Shown in pieces: positions 49,156 to 58,662 of a stretch of 64,000 bases of DNA. Every line of letters begins with the position of its first letter. Position 1 is the first letter of the stretch. A program made the translations under genes and the position numbers. Source of the DNA: a virus; the IMG/VR virus record IMGVR_UViG_3300030099_006646, positions 32,001 to 96,000 of that record; one strand, given 5' to 3'. Under the pieces are notes generated by a model. It was not told the origin of the DNA, did not search any database, and saw nothing but the letters and a program-made list of their open reading frames with translations.

Positions 49156-51729
49156 ATGGCTGCACCTTTTGATAATAATGCTGTTTCTATTTACGGACAG
49201 TATGCACAATTTGAGCTACTAGCAAGTGGCTCCTCCGCACCTGCTGCCTCCGGGTCCGCAGTGCGCGTCTTCGCTTCCGCGTCCAAACTTTACATGGTAC
49301 GTCCTGGTGAAGATCACAAAGAAATCGCTACCACCTCTGATGGTCTTGATTTCAACTTACAAGACGGCGACGGTATTGCTGATTTCACATTTGATGGATC
49401 TGCAAACGCTACTGTTTCTGTCGACATTCAGAACCTTTCCGCTACAACTACAGTAGCTGACGGCGACCTCGTTATGATTGACGACGGTGCTGGCGGAACA
49501 CTCCGCAAAATGACTCGTGCTCACTTTATCGAGTCTGCACCTCTCGATGCTATCGACATCGATGGCGGTGCTATTGATGGTGCTACCTTGGGTGCTAACG
49601 CTCAAGTAACCATTACTGACGCCGATATGAACGGTGGAACAATCGATGGCGTTGCTATCGGTGCTTCCTCTGCTGCTGCCGGTACATTCACCGATCTTTC
49701 ATCTAGTGGTAACACTGTCCTTGGTAACGCTGCTACAGATCACGTCATGTTCATTGCTGATGTAGCATCTGACTTCACTCCATTTAATGACAACCTTTAC
49801 GATCTTGGAAACGGTAGTGCTCGTTTTGCAGAAGGTCACATTGTTGCCCTTCACGCTGACCAACTCGGTCAGGCACTCGATGCAAACAGCCAAGCAATCA
49901 CAAATATTAACGTTGATTCCGGTGCTATTGATGGTGTAACAATCGGTACAAACTCCGCTGCAACTCAGGTTGTTGCTACACAATTTACCGCTTCTCACAT
50001 GAAAGTTGATAACGACCTTTTGGTTGTTGGTGACCTTCAGGTTCAGGGTAACATTGACAGCGTTTCTGTTACACAGAACTCTTTAGAAGTTTCTGACTTC
50101 CTCATTATTGCTGGTAACTCTGGCTCTGCTGCTAACATGGACGGCGGCGGTCTTCAGTTCGGTGGAACAAAGCTCGGTGGCTCCGCTGCTGCTGCTATTC
50201 TTTACGACCACAGCAATTCCGCTCTAGACTTTAACATTGGTTCTACCACAGAAATGCGTCTACAAGACGGTGTTCTTCGTCCAGAGACTGACAACGATGT
50301 AGACCTTGGTGCTTCTGGTGCTGAGTTTAAAGATCTCTACCTCGATGGTGTTGCTTACATCGACAGCCTCCAAGCTGACCAACTAGGCGCTGCTCTTGAC
50401 GCAAACAGCCAAGCTATCACAAACATTAATGTTGATTCTGGTGCTATTGATGGAGCCGTCATCGGTGCTAACTCCGCTGCTGCTGGTACATTTACAACTC
50501 TCGATTGCAACGACGGTGCTTTCGCAGTTGCTAACCTCGACATCGACGGAGCCACAGACATCGGCGATGCTCTTGTAGATGCTGACTTGATCATGGTTGA
50601 TGACGGTGCTGGTGGAACCAACCGCAAGTCTGCAATGTCTCGTGTCATGACTTACATTGAGTCTGGTCTTGATACTCTTGCAAACAACCTTAGCATGGGT
50701 GACAACAACATCACTAACGTCGGAGATATTAACTGCGACAGCGTTAGCGTAGATGATGCTGCTGTTGGTCTTGACATTCAGTTCGGTGGCAACACTGGCT
50801 TAAACAAAATGTCTTTGACAGACAACTTAGCTTCTGCTCTTTCTATCGCAGAAGCCGGTAACGAGTACATGAGATTTACTACAACTGATTCCCAAGAAGG
50901 AATTGGTTTTGGTAAAATGGCTGCTCCTTTGACTGACGATGCTGTCATGCTTGGTGCCCCAACTTACCGCTGGTCTCAAGGTCACATTAAGGTCCTTCAC
51001 GCTGACTCACTTGGACAGGCACTTGATGCAAATAGCCAAGCTATTACAAACATCAATGTTGACTCCGGTGCAATCGACGGAACAGTAATCGGTGCTAACA
51101 GCGCGGCTGCTGGTACTTTCACAAGCCTTGTTGCTGGTGGAGACGTTGACCTCGGTGATGCTTCAACTGATACTATCACAGCTACAGGTCGTTTTGACTC
51201 TGACTTAGTGCCTTCTTCTGATAGCGCCCGCGCTCTCGGATCTTCCGCACTTCAGTGGTCTACTGCTTATGTTGATGAAGTTGAATCCGCTACTGGTGGA
51301 TTAACACTTACAACTGCTGGTGGTATTTCTGTCGCTGGTACAGCAAATGCTGACGGCTACCTTTTACAGCTTCCAACAACTGGAGACGCTCGTGCTCGTG
51401 CTTGGGTTACTTACTCATCTGCTCGTCACAAGACTAATGTCCAAACAGTTAAGAATCCAATTGATACTGTGAAGTCTCTTCGTGGTGTTACTTACGATTG
51501 GAAAGGAACTGGACAGGCTGACGTCGGGTTTATCGCTGAAGAAGTTGGAGCAATCGTTCCTGAAGTTGTGTCTTTCGGTAAAGACGGACGCGCAGAAGGT
51601 ATTGACTACGGTCGTTTAACTTCTGTCCTCGTTGAAGCTATGAAGCAACAGCAGTCTGAGATTGAAAAGCTACAAAATGTAGTTTTAAATCTTACTTCTG
51701 AGCAACCTAGCCTCTTAGAAGACAAGTAG
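49156..51729 (+). CDS. Fibre protein with internal repeats and C-terminal peptidase S74 chaperone
   Basis: Three ALDANSQAITNINVDSGAIDG repeats; YSSARHKTNV, LRGVTYDWK, GFIAEEV, IDYGRL. Confidence 0.8.
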   Translation: MAAPFDNNAVSIYGQYAQFELLASGSSAPAASGSAVRVFASASKLYMVRPGEDHKEIATTSDGLDFNLQDGDGIADFTFDGSANATVSVDIQNLSATTTVADGDLVMIDDGAGGTLRKMTRAHFIESAPLDAIDIDGGAIDGATLGANAQVTITDADMNGGTIDGVAIGASSAAAGTFTDLSSSGNTVLGNAATDHVMFIADVASDFTPFNDNLYDLGNGSARFAEGHIVALHADQLGQALDANSQAITNINVDSGAIDGVTIGTNSAATQVVATQFTASHMKVDNDLLVVGDLQVQGNIDSVSVTQNSLEVSDFLIIAGNSGSAANMDGGGLQFGGTKLGGSAAAAILYDHSNSALDFNIGSTTEMRLQDGVLRPETDNDVDLGASGAEFKDLYLDGVAYIDSLQADQLGAALDANSQAITNINVDSGAIDGAVIGANSAAAGTFTTLDCNDGAFAVANLDIDGATDIGDALVDADLIMVDDGAGGTNRKSAMSRVMTYIESGLDTLANNLSMGDNNITNVGDINCDSVSVDDAAVGLDIQFGGNTGLNKMSLTDNLASALSIAEAGNEYMRFTTTDSQEGIGFGKMAAPLTDDAVMLGAPTYRWSQGHIKVLHADSLGQALDANSQAITNINVDSGAIDGTVIGANSAAAGTFTSLVAGGDVDLGDASTDTITATGRFDSDLVPSSDSARALGSSALQWSTAYVDEVESATGGLTLTTAGGISVAGTANADGYLLQLPTTGDARARAWVTYSSARHKTNVQTVKNPIDTVKSLRGVTYDWKGTGQADVGFIAEEVGAIVPEVVSFGKDGRAEGIDYGRLTSVLVEAMKQQQSEIEKLQNVVLNLTSEQPSLLEDK
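49849..51081 (+). repeat. Three ~87-nt near-identical intragenic repeats (~49849, ~50368, ~50995)
   Basis: Each encodes L[HQ]AD.LG.ALDANSQAITNINVDSGAIDG, with mostly synonymous differences. Confidence 0.85.
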
Positions 51730-51749
51730 CAATAACTACTATTTTTATT

Positions 51750-51812
51750 CCTGCCGGGGGTTTATCCCCCGGTAGGTTTATGCCGGGAGGAACACCACCT
51801 CCCGGTTTTTTT
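51750..51812 (+). terminator. Tandem hairpins, the second an intrinsic terminator
   Basis: CCTGCCGGGGG-TTTAT-CCCCCGGTAGG, then GCCGGGAGG-AACACCA-CCTCCCGGT followed by a T run. Confidence 0.85.
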
Positions 51813-51902
51813 ATGCGACATTTTATAAAATTTTTCATTTAAGTCTTTTAGAACAATGAGATACTATTTATTAGAGACTAATTCTATTCGGAGGAGAACA
51901 AA

Positions 51903-53051
51903 ATGTCATCTATGCTCGAACAAGCCATCATTGATGCTGAAGCCTTAAGAGAAGTTGCTCTTAAGAACGCTGAAGCCGCCGTTATCGAAAAGTATTCTAC
52001 CCAAATTAAAGAAGCAGTAGAAGAGATTTTAAACACAACCACTCTTAACGAAGAAGAGGAAGAAGACGAAAAGCCAACAGACGTACTTGACCAAGTACAA
52101 CACGCAGCCGCAGATGACGACCATGAGCATGATGATGACTGTCCGTGTCCTGACAAGGAAGACAAAGAAGAAGTTGTTCTTGATCTTACAGATCTTCTAG
52201 ATGCCATGAAGAATGAAGAAGAAGACGAAGGTCTAGATGTTTCTGAGATGTTAGACAGAGAAGAAGTCGCGGAAGAAATCGTACCAGAAGATGATGAATC
52301 AATGGATGAAGAAATTGAACTTGATGAAGCTGCTTTGGAATCTCTCCTAGAAACAGAGGAAGAACTCGAAGAAGAATCAAAACCGGATTTTTTAGATCTT
52401 GATAAAGATGGAGATAAAGAAGAGCCGATGAAAAAAGCTGCAAAAGAAAAGGAAGTAAACGAAGAGACAATAGAAGCAGAAGTTGAAATCTCCGAAGATA
52501 ATATTGCTGACATTGTTTCCGAAGTTCTTGCAGATCTTACAGAAGAAGTTACAGTAGACATTGCAGATCCTCTTCCAAAAGCAGGTTGGTCAGAATCTAA
52601 GCCCGCTGAAGCTGGTACAGAAGAGTATCAAGAAACTCTTAGAAAAGAAATTGAAAAAACAAAAGAAGCTACAAATGAGAATAAAGAACTCAAAGCACGA
52701 AATAAAAAACTAAACGAAACACTTAACAAGGTGCATGGAGTTTTGAAAGAAACTGCTACTGCTAATGCACGATTGTTATATACGAACAAGGTTTTAACAA
52801 ACACCTCCTTGAATGAGCGACAAAAGATTAAAATTGTCGAAGCGTTGTCTAAAGCCGGTTCTGTTGAAGAAGCAAAGATTATCTTTGAGACTCTTCAAAG
52901 CGCAGTGGGCACTTCTGCTAATGTAAAACAGCCACAATCACTGAGCGAAGCGGTTACAAAAAGTTCTTCAACTTATTTGCCAAAGACAGAAAAGAAGCAA
53001 GATAAATCTTCTTCTGCTACTGATCGATGGAAAATTTTAGCAGGTCTATAA
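51903..53051 (+). CDS. Prohead scaffolding protein (gp22-like)
   Basis: Highly acidic with C-terminal coiled coil (NARLLYTNKVL; RWKILAGL); immediately before the capsid gene. Confidence 0.8.
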   Translation: MSSMLEQAIIDAEALREVALKNAEAAVIEKYSTQIKEAVEEILNTTTLNEEEEEDEKPTDVLDQVQHAAADDDHEHDDDCPCPDKEDKEEVVLDLTDLLDAMKNEEEDEGLDVSEMLDREEVAEEIVPEDDESMDEEIELDEAALESLLETEEELEEESKPDFLDLDKDGDKEEPMKKAAKEKEVNEETIEAEVEISEDNIADIVSEVLADLTEEVTVDIADPLPKAGWSESKPAEAGTEEYQETLRKEIEKTKEATNENKELKARNKKLNETLNKVHGVLKETATANARLLYTNKVLTNTSLNERQKIKIVEALSKAGSVEEAKIIFETLQSAVGTSANVKQPQSLSEAVTKSSSTYLPKTEKKQDKSSSATDRWKILAGL

Positions 53052-53084
53052 AAACAAACTAAAATAATAAGGAGAATTTAAATA

Positions 53085-54860
53085 ATGTCTGTTTTACAAA
53101 AACTTACTGAAGGTATTCAAACACGCAACCTTCAGCAAGAAGGAGATGCCCTCCTCGAAAAGTGGGAGCGCACCGGACTTCTTGAAGGAATTACTGACGA
53201 GAATAAGCGTCAAGGAATGGCTCGTCTTCTAGAAAACCAAGCAGCTCAGTTGCTTAAAGAATCCTCTAGCATGGCTGCTGGAGATGTGGAAGGTTTCGCT
53301 TCTGTTGCTTTCCCAATTGTCCGCCGCGTATTCGGTGGTCTTATCGCGAATGATCTTGTATCCGTCCAGCCAATGAGCCTCCCTTCTGGTCTCATTTTCT
53401 TCTTGGACTTTCAAGTTTCCGATGAAACACCTAAGCTTGATTTTGATGCAGGTGACTCCCTCTACGGTGGTGGAGTTGTTGCAAGTCAATTGACAGGTGG
53501 TGTTAACCTTGAAGGCGATAACGCTTCCAAAGGTGCTTACAACTTGAACAATGGCTACGCTTCCCCAACTGGCTCTCACGATATTGCTGGTGGAACTTTA
53601 GTGGTTATTGCTTCTGGTTCTGTTGGTTCTGCTGCTGGAACATTCCCGCATCTAAACCAAGCTGCTCAAGATAAGCTTGACAAGCTCGTTCGTTTCGACC
53701 CTGACTTGTCTGGTTCTTTGGTCGTTGTTGTTGAGACAACAGGTTCTACTGCTGGAAACATGGAACAACTTAATGTTAAAAACCTTGTTCCAATGATTGA
53801 AACTAGACTCGGCACTACGGCAAAGCTTGTTCGTCGTTTGACAACAGTTGCGACAGGATCTTCATCCGACGATCCTTCCACATCAAACTTCAGACTTCAG
53901 CTTACCTTTGCTCAGGCTGCTGGCACCACTCCGTTCGATAATGGAGCAGGCACCTCTCTTATGGGTAACTTAACTGGTGCAGCAACACTTGTAGGGCTTC
54001 AGTACAACATTGATGACAACTTCACTGCTAGTACAGCAATTGGTTCTGTTGTCGGTGCTACTGCTTGGGAACTCGAAGCTAATACTGGTATTCCAGAGAT
54101 TGACATCAAAGTTGACTCTGTTGCCGTTACAGCAATGACCAAGAAGCTCAAAGCTAAGTGGACACCAGAATTAGGTCAAGACTTGAATGCTTACCACAAC
54201 CTCGATGCTGAAGTTGAACTTACAAGCATTCTTTCTGAGCAGGTTGCTCTTGAAATCGATCAAGAGATCCTCGAAGACCTCGTTAAGGGTGCCAAAGCTG
54301 GTACTTACTACTGGAGCCGCTCCCCCGGTCTCTTCGTTAATCGCACAACTGGTGCTGAAATTGGAGCTTCTGCTGCTGCTCCTGACTTCACTGGTACAGT
54401 TAGCGAATGGTACGAGACACTTCTCGAAACCATCAATGACGTAAGTGCTCAGATTCACCGTAAGACACTTCGCGGTGGCGCAAACTTTGTTGTTTGTGGA
54501 CCAGAAGTTGCTAACGTGATGGAGTTCACAGCCGGCTTCCGCGCTACAGTGACTGCTGATGATGCCAAAGGCACAATCGGCGCTGTTAAGACAGGTACTC
54601 TAAATAACAAGTGGGATGTCCATGTTGACCCATACTTCCCACGTAACGTTGTTCTTGTTGGTCGCAGAGGTTCTGGATTCCTCGAATCTGGATATGTCTA
54701 CGCTCCATATGTACCTCTCCAGGTAACACCAACTATCTTCGGTACGGAAGACTTCGTACCACGTAAGGGTGTCATGACCCGTTACGCGAAGAAGATGGTA
54801 CGTCCTGATATGTACGGTCTTGTTATTGTACGTGGTCTCCTTGGTGAGTCCGGTAGCTAA
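53085..54860 (+). CDS. Major capsid protein (T4 gp23-like)
   Basis: VQPMSLPSGLIFFL, KLKAKWTPELGQDLNAYH, YAPYVPL, PRKGVMTRY; highly biased codon use. Confidence 0.95.
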   Translation: MSVLQKLTEGIQTRNLQQEGDALLEKWERTGLLEGITDENKRQGMARLLENQAAQLLKESSSMAAGDVEGFASVAFPIVRRVFGGLIANDLVSVQPMSLPSGLIFFLDFQVSDETPKLDFDAGDSLYGGGVVASQLTGGVNLEGDNASKGAYNLNNGYASPTGSHDIAGGTLVVIASGSVGSAAGTFPHLNQAAQDKLDKLVRFDPDLSGSLVVVVETTGSTAGNMEQLNVKNLVPMIETRLGTTAKLVRRLTTVATGSSSDDPSTSNFRLQLTFAQAAGTTPFDNGAGTSLMGNLTGAATLVGLQYNIDDNFTASTAIGSVVGATAWELEANTGIPEIDIKVDSVAVTAMTKKLKAKWTPELGQDLNAYHNLDAEVELTSILSEQVALEIDQEILEDLVKGAKAGTYYWSRSPGLFVNRTTGAEIGASAAAPDFTGTVSEWYETLLETINDVSAQIHRKTLRGGANFVVCGPEVANVMEFTAGFRATVTADDAKGTIGAVKTGTLNNKWDVHVDPYFPRNVVLVGRRGSGFLESGYVYAPYVPLQVTPTIFGTEDFVPRKGVMTRYAKKMVRPDMYGLVIVRGLLGESGS

Positions 54861-54884
54861 GACTTAGCGTTTCGTTAAAAAAGA

Positions 54885-54916
54885 GCCTCGGTGGTGAATT
54901 CCACCGGGGTTTTTTT
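54885..54916 (+). terminator. Intrinsic terminator after the capsid gene
   Basis: GCCTCGGTGG-TGAATT-CCACCGGGGT followed by a T run. Confidence 0.85.
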
Positions 54917-55018
54917 ATGTTTGAAGATTAAAGAAACTACTTACATCGTAGGGAAAACCTACACCATATAGTTTTTGATATGATTATAAATGGTATAACC
55001 AAGGGAGGATTTTAAACT

Positions 55019-55489
55019 ATGGGAACCAAAAGAATAGGACTTGCGAGAACGCAAGCATTAATTGAAAATTTGAAAAGAGAACTTCAAATGAACCAAGCAG
55101 TCATTGTTGGGGATGCACACAAAGTGATCACAATCACCGCAACAACTCAAGTTCTTACAGCAGACGACTCTGGAGCCGTTGTTTTTCTTGGAGGCGGTTC
55201 AGCAGCTACTGCAACTTTACCAGCAGTTCAGTCTGGTTTGAAGTTTACTTTTATTGTGACTTCTGCACAACAACACATTATTAACGGCGGTGCCACTGTG
55301 CTGAAAGGCATGGTCACCGCAGTTAGAGAAGCTGGACCTGCTGTTAGCCAGCAAAAAAACAGCGCCGGGACACAGATTAAATTTAACGCTTCTGCAATCC
55401 CTGGCGACCGTGTTGATGTTGTCTGCGATGGAACCAACTGGTATGCTTCAGGTATGACTGAAAGCCCAGTACAGTTTGCTCCAACTTGA
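55019..55489 (+). CDS. Putative capsid decoration protein
   Basis: Small beta-rich protein (LTADDSGAVVFL, GDRVDVVCDGTNWY) in its own unit after MCP; GGGAGG SD. Confidence 0.5.
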   Translation: MGTKRIGLARTQALIENLKRELQMNQAVIVGDAHKVITITATTQVLTADDSGAVVFLGGGSAATATLPAVQSGLKFTFIVTSAQQHIINGGATVLKGMVTAVREAGPAVSQQKNSAGTQIKFNASAIPGDRVDVVCDGTNWYASGMTESPVQFAPT

Positions 55490-55508
55490 TTCTTGCTTGT
55501 CTCTTGTC

Positions 55509-55540
55509 AAAAGCCCTCTTCTTCGGAAGGGGGTTTTTTT
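55509..55540 (+). terminator. Intrinsic terminator with UUCG tetraloop
   Basis: AAAAGCCCTCTTC-TTCG-GAAGGGGGTTTTTTT. Confidence 0.9.
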
Positions 55541-55560
55541 ATGTTTTTTGGTTTATTTAC

Positions 55561-55571
55561 AACTATTTATA
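55561..55571 (+). promoter_or_regulatory. Putative late promoter motif AACTATTTATA
   Basis: Lies directly between a terminator and the SD of the next gene. Confidence 0.65.
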
Positions 55572-55590
55572 ACATCCAAGGAGATTTATA

Positions 55591-55872
55591 ATGGGTAAGA
55601 AAAGAAAACAAATGTTTAACCCCAAATATGCCGGTCATCCACGAAGCCGCCTTAATCAAGTAGAAGAAATTACAGCAGAAGCTCCTACTCCAAAACCAGT
55701 AGAAGCCAAAAAGCCTACTCCAAAACCAGTAGAAGCAAAGAAGCCAGAGCTAAAGCCTGCTCCAAAACCAGTAGCAGCTAAAAAGGCTGCTCCCAAGGCA
55801 GAAAAGAAAAAGCCTGCTCTTAAGCCCGTATCAAAAGAAGCTTTGAAACCTGCTAAGAAAAAGAAAAAGTAA
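55591..55872 (+). CDS. Lys/Pro/Ala-rich histone-H1-like small basic protein
   Basis: PTPKPVEAKK repeats (30-nt units at 55684, 55714, 55756); promoter motif at 55561 and AAGGAG SD. Confidence 0.6.
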   Translation: MGKKRKQMFNPKYAGHPRSRLNQVEEITAEAPTPKPVEAKKPTPKPVEAKKPELKPAPKPVAAKKAAPKAEKKKPALKPVSKEALKPAKKKKK

Positions 55873-55950
55873 GTTGGTTAGTTAAAAGGGTGTTTTTTAC
55901 CATTATGTGTTTTTCTATACTATTTACTCTGATATAGGAGAATAATATTA

Positions 55951-57240
55951 ATGGCGTCCCCTACACTTACTCCCGCTAGCCAAATGTCAAAGGTAATATT
56001 ACCTGCGACTGGCAACACTGATACTGCCGCATCAGGCTCTTTATATGCTTTAGGAGTGTATGTTGATAACACTTCTGATCTTTATGACGTTAGCTTTATT
56101 TCAGGTGCTTCAGACCAAGTAACTTACACTTACAGAAAACTCGGTGGAGCAGTATTAGATATTGAACTCACAGAGGAAGATGTCTATTCTCACTATGAAG
56201 ACGCTGTTTTGGAATATTCTTATTTGGTGAATATCCATCAAGCTAAGAATTCTTTACCTAATGCCCTTGGAGCCGCCACAGGAACTTTTGATCAAGACGG
56301 ACAACAAACGTCAGATTCCGCTCTGTTTGGCATTACAGCCTCTCTACAGTATCCTGAGTTTTCTTTTGACTATGCCCTTAGAGTAGGCAAGAAAACGTCT
56401 ACAGAGGTCGGAATCGGGGGGGATTTGCCAATTTATTCTGCTTCCTTCGACGTCGTAACAGATCAACAAGATTACGATCTTCAAAATCTTATCTCTTCTT
56501 CCGCTGCAACAGATACAGATGCTCTTTATTTTGATAAAGTTGGCAATAAAAGAGTGACCATTAGAAAAGTTTATTATAAAACACCATATGCTCAGTGGAG
56601 ATTTTACAGCTACTACGGTGGATTAAATACCATCGGCAACATGTCTACTTATGGTCAGTTCGCAGACGATTCACAATTTGAAGTAGTTCCAACATGGCAG
56701 AATAAACTTCAAGCAATGGCTTACGAAGATGCAATCTATACAAGAACATCACAATATTCTTTTGAAATTAAGAACAATCGATTAAGAATATTCCCTCCAC
56801 CAGAGACTGAAAATTTCCCAGAAAGGTTTTGGATTGAGTTTACGGTTAAATACGACCCTTGGACTGAAGATGACACCGCAGATAGTGGCTTAACAGGCGT
56901 TAATAACATGAACACGCTTCCTTTCTCCAACCTTCCATATAACAGTATCAACTCTATAGGTAAACAATGGATTAGAAGATTTGCTCTTGCAATATCTAAA
57001 GAAACTCTTGGACAAGTCCGAGGGAAGTTCGGCTCTATACCCATCCCAGGTAATGATGTCACTCTAAATGCGTCTGATCTTTTATCTCAGGCTCAATCAG
57101 AGAAAGAAACACTCAGAGAAGAACTCAAGACAGTTCTAGATGAGCTTACATACGAAAAGCTCAGTGAGAAACAAAACAATATTACAACAACTGCACTAGA
57201 AACAATGCAGAAGATACCTGTCGGTATTTTCCAAGGATAG
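55951..57240 (+). CDS. Neck protein (gp13-like)
   Basis: LGGAVLDIEL; QWIRRFALAISKETLGQVRGKF; VTLNASDLLSQA. Confidence 0.8.
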   Translation: MASPTLTPASQMSKVILPATGNTDTAASGSLYALGVYVDNTSDLYDVSFISGASDQVTYTYRKLGGAVLDIELTEEDVYSHYEDAVLEYSYLVNIHQAKNSLPNALGAATGTFDQDGQQTSDSALFGITASLQYPEFSFDYALRVGKKTSTEVGIGGDLPIYSASFDVVTDQQDYDLQNLISSSAATDTDALYFDKVGNKRVTIRKVYYKTPYAQWRFYSYYGGLNTIGNMSTYGQFADDSQFEVVPTWQNKLQAMAYEDAIYTRTSQYSFEIKNNRLRIFPPPETENFPERFWIEFTVKYDPWTEDDTADSGLTGVNNMNTLPFSNLPYNSINSIGKQWIRRFALAISKETLGQVRGKFGSIPIPGNDVTLNASDLLSQAQSEKETLREELKTVLDELTYEKLSEKQNNITTTALETMQKIPVGIFQG

Positions 57241-57251
57241 GAGGATGATTT

Positions 57252-57740
57252 GTGCCTAAAGATAAATGGACCCAGCCAGATCAGCCACCTCCTCCACTTT
57301 TTCTAGGAGAAAAAGAGCGAGATCTTGTAAAGCAAGTTAATGATGAGCTTATTGAGCGAGTCATTGGACAACAAATTCTTTATTATCCTATAAGCCAAGA
57401 ACATACAAACTACCATCCTATCTACGGCGAGGCAATAAATAAAAATTTCTTATCTCCTATTAGAGTGTATGCACTGGTTGAGTTTGGTGGCGTCGAGACA
57501 ACAACTGAAAAGCATGGCTTAGATAAAGTTTACTCAATCACAGTCCATTTCCACAAAAGAAGACTAACAGACGACCAAGATTTATATGTTCGTGAAGGCG
57601 ATTTTGTCCTTTACGATGATGATTATTACGAGATTGCAACCCTGTCCGAGCCAAGAGAGATTTTCGGTCAAGCAGGAAAGAGCTTGGAAGTTTCCGCAGC
57701 TTGTATTAAGTCCAGAAGAGGTTTATTCGATGCCCAGTAA
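57252..57740 (+). CDS. Neck/head-completion protein (gp14-like)
   Basis: YGEAINK.F, VREGDFV; GTG start with GGAGG SD; synteny. Confidence 0.7.
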   Translation: MPKDKWTQPDQPPPPLFLGEKERDLVKQVNDELIERVIGQQILYYPISQEHTNYHPIYGEAINKNFLSPIRVYALVEFGGVETTTEKHGLDKVYSITVHFHKRRLTDDQDLYVREGDFVLYDDDYYEIATLSEPREIFGQAGKSLEVSAACIKSRRGLFDAQ

Positions 57741-58578
57741 AGATCCAAACGTTAGAGAAGAATTGTTAATGCCTTCTACAATAGAAGACATCGATGCAGC
57801 TATGCTTGATTATCTTAACAATACTCTTGATATCCACACAGAAACTAACAAAGGTTTCAAAAAAGTCCCTGTTATCTGGGTCGCAGCAGAAAGAGCCGCT
57901 CAAATTAAACAACATAAAGATTTGCGTGATGACAATGGGGCTATTATTTATCCTTTAATGACCTTGGAAAGAAACTCTATTACAAAAGATTTGACACAAA
58001 AAGGCTCTATATATGCAAATATACCTCCGGTTAACGATGAAAAAAAAGGATCTATAACCGTTGCAAGAAGAATAAATCACAAGAAAACTTCAGAATTTGC
58101 AAATGCAGATGCCAAGAGAAGATTTAATCAAGTAAACTTTAAAACAAAGAAGCAAAATGAAAAGATTGTCTATGAAACTTATACAGTACCCCTTCCTGTA
58201 TATATAACTGTTAACTATACTGTTTCAATCACAACAGAGTATCAACAGCAAATGAATGATATTATGACACCGTTTATAACAACCCCAGGCGGAATAAATT
58301 ATTTCCAACTTAAAAGAAACGACCACATGTACGAAGGGTTTATAGAGTCTGATTTCGCCGCAAACAACTCAGTAAGCGATCTACAAGATCAAGAAAGAAA
58401 GTTCATGACCGATATTAACATTAGAATATTAGGTTATTTAATAGGTGAAGATAAAAACCAAGAGACACCTAAAATAGTGAAAAGACAAAGTGCAGTCGAA
58501 GTACGTTTCCCCAGAGAACACGTTATTTTTGGAGATATTCCCGAGCCACTTGGCGACGACGGATTTTATAAACCTTAA
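57730..58578 (+). CDS. Tail terminator/sheath stabiliser (gp15-like)
   Basis: Start placed at ATG 57730; KVPVIW...ER, PLMTLER, PVYITVNY...QMNDI; synteny. Confidence 0.7.
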   Translation: MPSKDPNVREELLMPSTIEDIDAAMLDYLNNTLDIHTETNKGFKKVPVIWVAAERAAQIKQHKDLRDDNGAIIYPLMTLERNSITKDLTQKGSIYANIPPVNDEKKGSITVARRINHKKTSEFANADAKRRFNQVNFKTKKQNEKIVYETYTVPLPVYITVNYTVSITTEYQQQMNDIMTPFITTPGGINYFQLKRNDHMYEGFIESDFAANNSVSDLQDQERKFMTDINIRILGYLIGEDKNQETPKIVKRQSAVEVRFPREHVIFGDIPEPLGDDGFYKP

Positions 58579-58600
58579 AAAGTATTTTGGCGTTTTCACT

Positions 58601-58611
58601 AACTATTTATA
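58601..58611 (+). promoter_or_regulatory. Putative late promoter motif AACTATTTATA
   Basis: Upstream of the tail sheath gene. Confidence 0.65.
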
Positions 58612-58662
58612 AGAGAATGAAATTATATTCACCCTAAATCTAGAGTAATAGGAGAATAAAGG

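Noticed and set aside
49849-51081. Repeats as a CRISPR array or DGR TR/VR pair
   Set aside because: They are in-frame protein repeats with mainly synonymous, non-adenine-specific differences; no spacers and no reverse transcriptase in the window.
51750-51812. tRNA or ncRNA in the GC-rich double hairpin
   Set aside because: No cloverleaf or T-loop motif; a terminator with an upstream hairpin explains it.
57586-57729. Extended N-termini in the ORF track (57586, also 38230, 37796, 43545, 20980)
   Set aside because: They overlap upstream genes; downstream ATGs with SDs or stop-start overlaps are more plausible starts.
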